Source: a virus (lineage: Duplodnaviria > Caudoviricetes). From it: DNA of 32,585 bases. The DNA is taken from positions 1 through 32,585 of IMG/VR virus record IMGVR_UViG_3300017650_000208; one strand, written 5' to 3'. This document shows, piece by piece, positions 8,214 to 16,061 of the stretch. Position 1 is the stretch's first letter; every line of letters starts with the position of its first letter. The position numbers and the translations under genes were made by a program. Under the pieces are notes generated by a model, which saw only the letters and a program-made list of their open reading frames with translations, did not search any database and was not told where the DNA came from.

Positions 8214-8336
8214 TCAGGCGCAGTGGACGACTGTGCAGCGTTCGATACGAGCGGCGCGGTAGTCGATCTCCGCACAGATCGCCAGATAAGCCGCCGCGAC
8301 CAGAAACGTAATTCCCCAGATCTGCCAGAGCTTCAC
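8214..8336 (-). CDS. Small single-TM protein (40 aa, GTG start)
   Basis: MKLWQIWGITFLVAAAYLAICAEIDYR...; GTGA overlap with the upstream stop. Confidence 0.55.
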   Translation of the reverse strand: MKLWQIWGITFLVAAAYLAICAEIDYRAARIERCTVVHCA

Positions 8337-8494
8337 GCCAGCACCCCGGCGCGGAAGGCGACGCACAGGAACCACACTGCGCCGATCGCGACACCGTAAA
8401 GACCGGCAACGCCGATCGCCTTGTAGATCCTCTCGACGTCCTGCAGCCGCGTGATGTCGCGGAGCAGGGCGTTGTCTTCCAGAACGCGTTCCAT
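8333..8494 (-). CDS. Small protein with C-terminal TM helix (53 aa)
   Basis: GGACAGGAAG RBS; hydrophobic C-terminus. Confidence 0.6.
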   Translation of the reverse strand: MERVLEDNALLRDITRLQDVERIYKAIGVAGLYGVAIGAVWFLCVAFRAGVLA

Positions 8495-8504
8495 CTTCCT
8501 GTCC

Positions 8505-8645
8505 TTATCCGCCGGCCCGGACGTCAGCGACGCCGGGTGCGATGATGTTGAGTGCGTATTCACGCAGGAGATGTTCGATGAGCGCGCCGGCACCACCCTG
8601 CGCGAGGCGCTTCAGCTCGAGTAGATCGCTTGCAAGCCAGCTCAT
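8505..8645 (-). CDS. First pL ORF, 46-aa hypothetical
   Basis: AGGAG RBS; MSWLASDLLELKRLAQGG...; stop abuts the next RBS. Confidence 0.55.
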   Translation of the reverse strand: MSWLASDLLELKRLAQGGAGALIEHLLREYALNIIAPGVADVRAGG

Positions 8646-8768
8646 TCGCTATCTCCTGTCCACTTGCCGGACAGGAAGCCCTGAGTACAAGACACTGATC
8701 ACTTCCCAGTGCCCTGAGATCAGGGCTCCCGGTTTATCCCCGGAGCGCTTCGTTCAGCGCATGGAGGT

Positions 8769-8797
8769 ATTAAACATCACGTTTAAATAACTGTCAA
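8769..8797 (-). promoter_or_regulatory. pL promoter
   Basis: TTGACA-17 nt-TTTAAT on the minus strand, overlapped by operators. Confidence 0.85.
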
Positions 8798-8810
8798 ACA
8801 TTTTGTTTAA
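8770..8810. promoter_or_regulatory. OL operators (two 17-bp palindromes)
   Basis: TTAAAC-ATCAC-GTTTAA (8770-8786), TCAAAC-ATTTT-GTTTAA (8794-8810). Confidence 0.85.
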
Positions 8811-8850
8811 TAAAGTTTGCGCAAGTGCGTAGCGGAGGCGAAGTGGGCCG

Positions 8851-8879
8851 AAAAGCAAAAAGCCCGCAGGAGCGGGCTT
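8851..8879 (-). terminator. Rho-independent terminator of the cI operon
   Basis: AAGCCCGC-4 nt-GCGGGCTT stem followed by a T-tract on the minus strand. Confidence 0.8.
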
Positions 8880-8902
8880 GGAGGCGTGGGGAGGACGACG
8901 GG

Positions 8903-9205
8903 TCAGTCGAGCGTCGCGGTGTCGACCGTAGAGAACTGAGATTTGTGCCAGAAAACTGGCTTGCCATATCGGGCAAATGTGGTGCGCACGCCATCGGAGG
9001 TGATCTCGACGGCGCAAGTCATGTCTTTCTTGAGACCTTGCTTGTCTAAGAGGATTGCGACGGGCGCCCCTTTGCAGCTGACCGCGTGCTCAACGATCTC
9101 TAGCGTCATCCCACCAGGCAGCCGCGCGACCGCCGCGCTAGCGGCCGCAGCAGTGCTACTCGCCAGTGCCAGCCCGACCGTGGCCACAAGTAGGTTGAGC
9201 TTCAA
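8903..9205 (-). CDS. Secreted/periplasmic protein co-transcribed with cI
   Basis: Signal-peptide-like N-terminus; TTG start overlapping the cI stop (GTG at 9217 is an alternative); 2 Cys. Confidence 0.65.
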   Translation of the reverse strand: MKLNLLVATVGLALASSTAAAASAAVARLPGGMTLEIVEHAVSCKGAPVAILLDKQGLKKDMTCAVEITSDGVRTTFARYGKPVFWHKSQFSTVDTATLD

Positions 9206-10194
9206 TCCGGCCTCCACGAAGACGGGCGGCAGATCGCGCGAACAAAATGCATCTTCTCGATTTCGTCGCTCGAAAAGCTGATTGGCTTGTGCGCATCGTT
9301 GGCTGAGCGGAGATGAACCCTGCCGGCCCGACGGTACAAGAATTCCTTGACCATGACCTGCCCAGCCTTCGACTTGACGAGCACCTCGTCACCGGCCTCG
9401 ATAGCTTGGTTGGGCTCGATAACGACGAATTCGCCGTCTTTGATCCTGGGACGCATTGAGTCGCCGACGCACTTCAAGGCGTATGCGTTCGGATCCCTGG
9501 AAGGGAAGTCGACGTAGCCGTCACCGGCTCCGACGGGATATTCGAGGTCGGCCCAGTACCCGTTATCCCCAAGTTGCGCATGACCTACCACGGGGACAGC
9601 TCTCCAGTTCGTAATGGGGATAGGCTCATACTCGTCGACATACCGAACAGCGACGCCCGGCTCGCCTTTCCCTTTCGTAAGCCAAACAACGTTCACGCCG
9701 TAGGCTGTTTGCAGCGCGGCACCTTGCGCCAGTGTGATGTCCGGGCCTTCTCCATCCAGCCACTGGCCGGCGATGGATTCGCTAACCCCCGCAACGGATG
9801 CAATTTCTGCGGTAGTTAAGCCCTTATCGAAAAGCGCTGCTCTCAGTCTACGTGGCGACCTCGCTGTCGCCAAGTCGTCTGAAGAAAAAACAATATCAGA
9901 CTCGGATCGATCGGATTTTTCGATCTCGGGGCGTGTTCGGTCTCTTTTCGGCGAATCATTTGCCGGCAAAACCGGCGCCGCACTGAGCATCGGGCCCTCG
10001 CCAGTCATGAGCCAAACGGCGCTGCACCCAAGTTTTTCTTGGGCATCGAGCATCGCCGCTTTCGACATGCCGCGACGCTCCCAGTTGTTTACGTTCTGGG
10101 GCGCGACATTCAGAAGGCGTGCGACTTCGGTGGGCGTGGTGAGCCCGCGCAATACGCGGGCTGCCTCGTAGAGGCGAGCGGTGGTCTCATGCAT
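9202..10194 (-). CDS. cI: CI-like repressor: two HTH domains plus S24 peptidase
   Basis: HTH1 (PTEVARLLNVAPQNVNNW..WLMTGEG), HTH2 (TAEIASVAGVSESIAGQW..WLTKGKG), GDSM and VK catalytic motifs; divergent from cro. Confidence 0.9.
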   Translation of the reverse strand: MHETTARLYEAARVLRGLTTPTEVARLLNVAPQNVNNWERRGMSKAAMLDAQEKLGCSAVWLMTGEGPMLSAAPVLPANDSPKRDRTRPEIEKSDRSESDIVFSSDDLATARSPRRLRAALFDKGLTTAEIASVAGVSESIAGQWLDGEGPDITLAQGAALQTAYGVNVVWLTKGKGEPGVAVRYVDEYEPIPITNWRAVPVVGHAQLGDNGYWADLEYPVGAGDGYVDFPSRDPNAYALKCVGDSMRPRIKDGEFVVIEPNQAIEAGDEVLVKSKAGQVMVKEFLYRRAGRVHLRSANDAHKPISFSSDEIEKMHFVRAICRPSSWRPD

Positions 10195-10213
10195 ACCCCG
10201 GATGTTCTCAAAA

Positions 10214-10269
10214 TTAAACACCTTGTTGTTCAACATAGTGTTTGCTTTTTGATTAAACGTGGTGTTTAA
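10214..10269. promoter_or_regulatory. OR operators (three sites)
   Basis: TTAAAC-ACCTT-GTTGTT (10214-10230), TTCAAC-ATAGT-GTTTGC (10229-10245), TTAAAC-GTGGT-GTTTAA (10253-10269; one mismatch to the inverted OL site). Confidence 0.85.
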
Positions 10270-10270
10270 T
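10242..10270 (+). promoter_or_regulatory. pR promoter
   Basis: TTGCTT-17 nt-TTTAAT, same operator/-10 geometry as pL. Confidence 0.75.
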
Positions 10271-10275
10271 AACGC

Positions 10276-10482
10276 ATGGACCGGAAAAACGACATCACTG
10301 CTGACCGACTGCTCATCGAGGAACTCGGTGGCGCTTCCAAGCTCGCCCGTCGGCTGGGTTTCGACCAGCGCGGTGGAGTTCAGCGCGTCCACAACTGGAA
10401 GGAGAGAGGGATCCCGGCTGCCGTCAAGCTCGAGTTCCCCCACATCTTTCTTGGTAGGCCCCGTCAGCGACTCGCAAAGTAG
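10276..10482 (+). CDS. cro: Cro-like regulator
   Basis: LIEELGGASKLARRLG..VHNWKERGIP HTH; divergent from cI. Confidence 0.85.
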   Translation: MDRKNDITADRLLIEELGGASKLARRLGFDQRGGVQRVHNWKERGIPAAVKLEFPHIFLGRPRQRLAK

Positions 10483-10543
10483 GTCTCTCGCGCGTTCGTT
10501 GTCTTTTGTGTTCATCAACCGTTTTTCTTTTATGGAGGAAGCA

Positions 10544-10768
10544 ATGTCTCGTCGCGCTGAATATCGCAACGAAGTAAAGACCCGCCTTGAAGACCCCGTC
10601 TACGAGGGAATGCAAGCATTCAAAGCTCTCTATGGCATTGACAGCGATTCCGCGGCGCTTGCCCGCATCGCCAAGCTTTTTCTGTTTGGCACGGTTGGTA
10701 CTTTGCCGGCGAATCTGTTGGGCGTCAGTGTCGCGTCGCCCCAAGTTGGGAGCGCAGTAAGCGCATGA
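10544..10768 (+). CDS. Putative regulator in the cII position (RHH-like)
   Basis: GGAGG RBS; position after cro; VKTRL strand followed by helices. Confidence 0.6.
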   Translation: MSRRAEYRNEVKTRLEDPVYEGMQAFKALYGIDSDSAALARIAKLFLFGTVGTLPANLLGVSVASPQVGSAVSA

Positions 10769-10959
10769 ATGAAGCAAAAACCGGCCTTCTCGTTGAACTT
10801 CCGATTCCTGAAGCTGGGGAGTTGGCTGCTTTGGCGGCGAGTCTGGGCGTTTCAACTCAGAAATACCTCGGGTATCACGTCCTGCGCTCTGCATACGGAC
10901 CGCTGCACCCGGAAGTAGCCGCGTTTGAAGTGGCCCACATTGGGCGGCGCGGGGAATAA
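10765..10959 (+). CDS. Hypothetical protein (possibly RHH-like)
   Basis: ATGA overlap with the upstream gene. Confidence 0.6.
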   Translation: MNEAKTGLLVELPIPEAGELAALAASLGVSTQKYLGYHVLRSAYGPLHPEVAAFEVAHIGRRGE

Positions 10960-11029
10960 AACGTCAGACAACTGACGGAGTTCGTCGGCTACGAGGCCGA
11001 CATCTGCATGGATGAGTCGATACACAAGC

Positions 11030-11055
11030 AGCTTGGGCGCCAGGCTTCTTTTGTT
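11030..11055 (+). terminator. Possible tR-type terminator
   Basis: AGCTTGG-GCG-CCAGGCT followed by TCTTTTGTT. Confidence 0.45.
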
Positions 11056-11096
11056 CCGATTTAGTACTACTGACCGGCATGCCGGCGGGAGATCCC

Positions 11097-11318
11097 ATGC
11101 AAAACAACTCGAATCCGGTTCTCTTTGCGCCGGAGCTGCCGCCGGAACTGCCGGCTGCGCAGCAGAAGCAGATCCGCGACGCCATGTGTGCGGTTGCGGC
11201 GCGCGGCGAGCGCTTTCCCGGCGAACTCGCTGCCGTCCGCGTCGGTCTTTCGCGCGAATTCGCAACCTTCAATGCCGACTGCTCGCGGGCGGCGAAGGCT
11301 TCGAAGGTGAAGGCATGA
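11097..11318 (+). CDS. Hypothetical phage protein
   Basis: GGGAG RBS; ATGA coupling to the next ORF. Confidence 0.55.
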   Translation: MQNNSNPVLFAPELPPELPAAQQKQIRDAMCAVAARGERFPGELAAVRVGLSREFATFNADCSRAAKASKVKA

Positions 11319-11503
11319 GCGCGCGCGATCTTCAGCCGTCGCTCGGCGGCGCGGATCTTCTTCACACCGGCCGGTTTTTCATCGGCCCGATGACGACCGA
11401 TCAATCCACCACCCTGAATGCCGCGCCGAAGATCTGCATCGGTTGCGGTGCTCGCCAACTGTCCGACGGCTCTCTGCCGTGCGGTCACGACAACGACCTG
11501 TGA
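11315..11503 (+). CDS. Small Cys/His protein (CIGCG...PCGH)
   Basis: ATGA overlap; zinc-ligand-like pattern. Confidence 0.55.
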   Translation: MSARDLQPSLGGADLLHTGRFFIGPMTTDQSTTLNAAPKICIGCGARQLSDGSLPCGHDNDL

Positions 11504-11510
11504 GGCGACC

Positions 11511-11813
11511 GTGAAGAACTCCATCAAGGTCAGCCCGGTTTGGACGAAGGATCTCGTCGCGCGGCGTGCCGCTGAATTCCTGCGCTTTGAACAGGCGATG
11601 CGCGAAGCGCAGTCGGACTATCGCAACTCGTGCGCGCGCTTCATTCGGAAGAACCGGATTGAGGCTCGCTTGGATACCAGCGACGAAAGGTTTCGCCGGG
11701 CGACGCGCAAGCAATACCTTGCTTTTCATGCGGCCAAGCAATCGGTCTACAACGCCAAGCGCCGCCTCCAAACCGCTGTGCGCAACTGCGCCGAACTCGC
11801 AAGGGCAATCTGA
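11511..11813 (+). CDS. Basic helical hypothetical protein
   Basis: GAGG RBS + GTG; TGATG coupling to the BRO gene. Confidence 0.6.
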   Translation: MKNSIKVSPVWTKDLVARRAAEFLRFEQAMREAQSDYRNSCARFIRKNRIEARLDTSDERFRRATRKQYLAFHAAKQSVYNAKRRLQTAVRNCAELARAI

Positions 11814-12625
11814 TGAGCAACCAAATCACCCCGTTCGTTTTCGACGGCGCAGCGGTGCGCGTTGTTATGGTCGACGGCGAGCCGATGTTCGTCGCGCGCG
11901 ATGTCGCTGCAACGTTGGGCTATACGAACCCGAACGAAGCTGTGCGCGTGCATTGCAAAGGGGTGAGCGAAACTCTCGCCCCTTCGAATGGTGGCATGCA
12001 ACGTGTAAAGGTCATCCCTGAGCGCGATGTCTATCGTCTCATCATGCGCTCGAAGCTTCCGGCCGCCGAACGTTTCGAAGAATGGGTCGTCGGCGAGGTG
12101 CTGCCGTCTGTCAGAAAGACCGGATCGTATGTCAACCAGGCAAGCGAATCGACGAAACTCGCCGGTGAGCTTGCGATCGCCGAATGCTTTACGCGTCTGC
12201 TAAAGCCATCGCCGTCCAGTCAGGTTGCGATGCTCGCCCACATCGCCAAGAACCACGGCATCGAGCCGACCTTCCTCCCAGCGTACGTCGTCGACGCCGC
12301 GTCGGACTCAACGTCTGGCAGCTCGATGGAGACGAAGCCGCTCACCGATCTTCTGATCGCGCACGGCATCTCGATCTCGGCGCGAACATATAACCGTCTG
12401 TTGGCCGATGCGGGAATGCAAGCCGAGCGCACGCGCCGGAGCACCTCAGCGCGCGCCGTGAATGGAACGAAGCGCTTCTGGGCAATCACGGAAGCAGGCC
12501 TGCGGTACGGCAAGAACATCACCAACCCGAACAGTCCGCGCGAAACGCAGCCACATTGGTATGTCGAGCGTTTCGCCGATCTTCATGCGCTGGTTTCGTC
12601 GCGCGTGGTGGGAGCGGCAGCGTGA
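11813..12625 (+). CDS. BRO-N domain antirepressor
   Basis: FDGAAVRVV..PMFVARDVA..LGY..YRLIMRSKLPAAERFEEWVVGEVLPSVRKTGSY. Confidence 0.9.
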   Translation: MSNQITPFVFDGAAVRVVMVDGEPMFVARDVAATLGYTNPNEAVRVHCKGVSETLAPSNGGMQRVKVIPERDVYRLIMRSKLPAAERFEEWVVGEVLPSVRKTGSYVNQASESTKLAGELAIAECFTRLLKPSPSSQVAMLAHIAKNHGIEPTFLPAYVVDAASDSTSGSSMETKPLTDLLIAHGISISARTYNRLLADAGMQAERTRRSTSARAVNGTKRFWAITEAGLRYGKNITNPNSPRETQPHWYVERFADLHALVSSRVVGAAA

Positions 12626-13722
12626 GCGGATACGCACACCAATGGGCCAAGCGTCAGCGGGTCGGCGATTCGTCGGCCAAGACGCTGTTGAAGACCTACG
12701 CGAACTGGGCGGCCGAAGACTATTCGACGTGGGTCACCAACGACGAGCTCGAACTGGACACGGAATTGAACATCCAGACGATCCGTCGCGCGCGGAGCAA
12801 GCTGATCGAGCTCGGCTACCTGCTGGAAACGGATAAGCGTCTCGGCCGCACGCAGAGCATCATCATCTACCAGATGCTCGCTCCCGCTGGCGCGACGATC
12901 GTGCAGAGCGTCGATCCGCGCAATGGCAAAACCATTTCGCTGAGCCCGCCGACGCTTGAAGAATACATGGCGAAGAGGGGTGAAAAATCAAGCCACTCCA
13001 AAACGCGCCGCGCAAAGGGGGATGAAAATTCAAGCCACTCCAATATTCAAGGGGCTTCAAATCCCACTTCAAGCCCCTCCAAATCCCACGCTGAAGGGGG
13101 TGAAATTTCACCTGAAGCCCCTCCAAATTTCGACACCAAGATTGCTTTAGTAGAGCAAGAGAAGAACGTAGATCAGCAATTGGCGCGACGTTCGTCGCGA
13201 GTTGCGTTGCATGACGAGCTTCGCCAACTTCAACTTCCTGAAGGCATCCCTGCTGACGTCTGGGAAATGTGGTGTGAGCACCGCGAGGCGAAGCATAAAG
13301 ACGCGCCTTGGACGCGCGGCGCCGCGCGCGTGTCGATCAAGAAGCTGCTGAAGCTTGCCAGTGCCGGGCAGACGCCGGAAGTCACGGTCGAGGAAGCAGT
13401 GTTGCGCGGATGGACTGGTCTGTTCACGGTGAAGACCGATGGGATCGCTCAGGCGGCTAATGGCTCACAAGCGATCGCTGCGGACTGGTGGAAAACGTCG
13501 AGCGGCATCGAGGCGCGCGCTGCGCAACTCGGCGTGACGCTGAAGGACGGCGAGACATTCATCCACTTCAAGGTCCGCGTGTTCAAGGCAGCTGGCCCGG
13601 GCGAATGGATGGAAGACATGCTGCGCACGGTCGGCCGCGAGAGCGAAGAGCGGTACGAGCAGCTCTACGCCTACTTCAACGACATCCCGCGCGATAAGAA
13701 CGGCAACACGGAGGCAGCGTGA
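12622..13722 (+). CDS. Replication initiator (O-like, N-terminal HTH)
   Basis: N-terminal winged HTH, central iteron-coded linker, C-terminal WEMWCEHR..RGWTGLF motif. Confidence 0.8.
   Translation: MSGYAHQWAKRQRVGDSSAKTLLKTYANWAAEDYSTWVTNDELELDTELNIQTIRRARSKLIELGYLLETDKRLGRTQSIIIYQMLAPAGATIVQSVDPRNGKTISLSPPTLEEYMAKRGEKSSHSKTRRAKGDENSSHSNIQGASNPTSSPSKSHAEGGEISPEAPPNFDTKIALVEQEKNVDQQLARRSSRVALHDELRQLQLPEGIPADVWEMWCEHREAKHKDAPWTRGAARVSIKKLLKLASAGQTPEVTVEEAVLRGWTGLFTVKTDGIAQAANGSQAIAADWWKTSSGIEARAAQLGVTLKDGETFIHFKVRVFKAAGPGEWMEDMLRTVGRESEERYEQLYAYFNDIPRDKNGNTEAA
12976..13130. repeat. Iteron cluster / replication origin
   Basis: TCAAGCCACTCCAA x2, AAGCCCCTCCAAAT x2, GGGG(A)TGAAA x3, CAAATCCCAC x2. 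Confidence 0.75.
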
Positions 13723-14255
13723 CCAAGCGCACCGCAGCCCTCCATTACCCGGAAGGAACGACGCACGTCGGCACGGCGCGCGTGCGCGACGACCGTACGG
13801 TCGGGCCGGACTTCGCGAGCCGCGAATTGATGCGCCGCACCGGTCAGCAGCCGACGAGCGAGTTCGACGACATCGCCTCCGGATATGACCCGTTCGCGAC
13901 CGCGCCGAAGGTTCCGACCGCGAAGAAGAAGCCGGCGAAGTACCGCAACGAGAAATGCGAAAGCGGCGGCATCAAATTCGACAGCAAACGCGAGATGAAA
14001 CGCTGGCACGAGCTGGTGCAGATGCAAGTTCGCGGCGAGATCAGCGAGTTGGAACTGCAGGTGCCGTTCGTCCTTGCTGAGCCGGTGGTGATAGGTGGCC
14101 GTAAGCGGCCGGCGCTGCGGTACGTGGCGGATTTTGTGTACGAGAAGGGCGGCGAGACGGTCATTGAAGACGTGAAAGGCCGCGTAACCGAGGGATACCG
14201 CATCAAGCGCCATCTGATGGCGGCGCGCGGGCTGACGATCGTGGAGGTGAAGTGA
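13719..14255 (+). CDS. DUF1064 family putative endonuclease
   Basis: KYRN..GIKFDSKRE..LELQVPF..YVADFVY..EDVKG..YRIK motifs. Confidence 0.88.
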   Translation: MTKRTAALHYPEGTTHVGTARVRDDRTVGPDFASRELMRRTGQQPTSEFDDIASGYDPFATAPKVPTAKKKPAKYRNEKCESGGIKFDSKREMKRWHELVQMQVRGEISELELQVPFVLAEPVVIGGRKRPALRYVADFVYEKGGETVIEDVKGRVTEGYRIKRHLMAARGLTIVEVK

Positions 14256-14812
14256 TGGCAGAAAAGGCGAAACGCGAGGAAGGTGCTGTGAAGGGCGCGC
14301 CGTGGACGCAAGACGAACTCCGCATTTTGCGCGGATTGAAGGAGCGCGGCGCGGTCCTGAAGAAGCACATGCATCTGCTCCCGGGCAGGACATATGAAGG
14401 CGCGCTATTCAAGCAGCGCCACATGCAATTGAAGCCGCTGCCGTCTTCCCAGCGAGTGCGCAACCTGTTGTCCGACGGGATTGAGCGCACTGGTCGGGAA
14501 ATCGCCGATGCGCTGGAAATTCCGCGGAAGACGGTTTCCGATCTGCTGCGATACGCGACGGACCCGAACGGCAACCAATGGGCGCATGTTTCGCGGATCA
14601 CTGAAGGCTATCCGCAACTCGTGTATCGGATTGGCCCGGGCGTGAATGCCCGCTACGGTGACGCCGTAGCAGCCAACTTCGCCGACATTGAAGAAAGCGA
14701 CGAGGTGCTTGACGCCAAATACCGATCGAGTGCGGCATGGTGGCCGCGCGCCGATCTGGTCGTTGTTTCAGCGATGAACGCGATGATCTGTTCGGGGAGG
14801 GCGGCAGCATGA
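14255..14812 (+). CDS. Hypothetical HTH-containing protein
   Basis: GGAGG RBS; TGREIADALEIPRKTVSDLL HTH-like segment. Confidence 0.7.
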   Translation: MAEKAKREEGAVKGAPWTQDELRILRGLKERGAVLKKHMHLLPGRTYEGALFKQRHMQLKPLPSSQRVRNLLSDGIERTGREIADALEIPRKTVSDLLRYATDPNGNQWAHVSRITEGYPQLVYRIGPGVNARYGDAVAANFADIEESDEVLDAKYRSSAAWWPRADLVVVSAMNAMICSGRAAA

Positions 14813-15204
14813 AGCTCTACATCGCCGGACCCATGTCCAACCTACCCGAACTGAACTTCCCGGCATTCCATGCCGAGGCGGCACGCCTTCGCGCGCTGGG
14901 CTTCGACATTGTCAATCCGGCAGAGATCAACGTCGATCCGACGGGCGGCTGGCTCGCCTGCATGCGCGCCGACATCAAACAGCTAGTCGACTGTGACGGA
15001 ATCGCTCTGTTGCCGGGCTGGCAAGCATCGGCCGGCGCGAACATCGAACACCACCTTGCGCGCGGGCTCGGTCTGCGGGTCATGCAGGCGCGTCACATCG
15101 TCGGCTTGGCCGGCGAAATCCCTGTGATCGCACAGGAAGCCATTGTCGAGATCGTCGACGAGATCGAAAGCGGTGCGAGCGAACAGATTGCGGAGGCGCA
15201 GTGA
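14809..15204 (+). CDS. DUF4406 family (nucleoside deoxyribosyltransferase-like) protein
   Basis: MKLYIAGPM..NFPAF..NPAE..CDGIALLPGW..GANIE. Confidence 0.88.
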   Translation: MKLYIAGPMSNLPELNFPAFHAEAARLRALGFDIVNPAEINVDPTGGWLACMRADIKQLVDCDGIALLPGWQASAGANIEHHLARGLGLRVMQARHIVGLAGEIPVIAQEAIVEIVDEIESGASEQIAEAQ

Positions 15205-15800
15205 AGCGCTCGAAACCGCTCGTCAGCAAGACGCCGATGAAGCGCTCGCCGTTCAAGAGCACCGCGGACCGCGCGACCTCAATGCGCCGCGCGAAGCTGA
15301 GGGCACGTGTGAAGAAGCCGACGGTCGCCGAGGGATCGAAGTATTTGGCGGCGTGCCGCGGAGAGCCCTGCTACCTGAACGTGAAATGCCCGTGGACGGA
15401 ATGGGCAGATCCGACCGTCGTCGACTGTCATTCGAATCAATCGAAGCACGGGAAGGGCGGCGCGCTGAAGGCGAAGCATTGGTTCACGGTGCCGGGCTGT
15501 GCGGCCTGTCACGAATGGCTCGATCGCAGCGGCGCTCCGTGGGAGCAGAAATGCGCGGCATTCGACGATGCCCTCGCGCGGTGGGAGCCGGTGCGCGCTC
15601 GAAAGATGGGTTTGAAGGAGGAAGAAGGTGCGGTGCCTGATTCGAATACCGACGGACACGCGCTGGCGCACGCCGCGCGGCCGCAACGGGAAGCGGTACG
15701 CGGTGGAACCGTTTCAACTGACGGCGGCGCTCGAGACGACGGTCTACAGGGTGGCGCTTCCGAAGGTGCAGAACACGATCCGGCCGTTTGTCTGGGTTGA
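15201..15800 (+). CDS. DUF1364-like zinc/HNH-type nuclease with long C-terminal overlap
   Basis: CRGEPCYL..CHSNQSKHGKG..CAACHEWLD. Confidence 0.75.
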   Translation: MKRSKPLVSKTPMKRSPFKSTADRATSMRRAKLRARVKKPTVAEGSKYLAACRGEPCYLNVKCPWTEWADPTVVDCHSNQSKHGKGGALKAKHWFTVPGCAACHEWLDRSGAPWEQKCAAFDDALARWEPVRARKMGLKEEEGAVPDSNTDGHALAHAARPQREAVRGGTVSTDGGARDDGLQGGASEGAEHDPAVCLG

Positions 15801-15966
15801 TGCATGGATTCCGGAGGACCGGCGCGCAGGAATACCGGTTCTCGATGATGGGTGGGTGGAAGCCGGCGTCTATCGGACGCGTGCCTTCATCGACGACAAC
15901 AGCAAAACACTGGCGCCGTTCCTCGCGAGCGGCATGAACGAAATGGACGTTAGAGAGACAGCATGA
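15628..15966 (+). CDS. Hypothetical phage protein
   Basis: AAGGAGG RBS before the GTG; ATGA coupling at its end. Confidence 0.65.
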   Translation: MRCLIRIPTDTRWRTPRGRNGKRYAVEPFQLTAALETTVYRVALPKVQNTIRPFVWVDAWIPEDRRAGIPVLDDGWVEAGVYRTRAFIDDNSKTLAPFLASGMNEMDVRETA

Positions 15967-16061
15967 AAACGCTTCCTGCCGACTTCGACTGGTTTTACGC
16001 CGTCACTGGCATCCGCCGCCGCACGTGGAATCTCCCGCAACCCTCGAAGGTGACGAAATGA
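15963..16061 (+). CDS. Micro-ORF (32 aa)
   Basis: ATGA overlaps at both ends. Confidence 0.45.
   Translation: MKTLPADFDWFYAVTGIRRRTWNLPQPSKVTK

Noticed and set aside
10195-10569. N-terminal extension of the 455-aa repressor ORF
   Set aside because: Overlaps cro and the operators; the real start is most likely Met at 10194
12976-13130. CRISPR-like array
   Set aside because: Repeats are short, irregular and inside a CDS, with no spacer structure or cas genes; better explained as iterons
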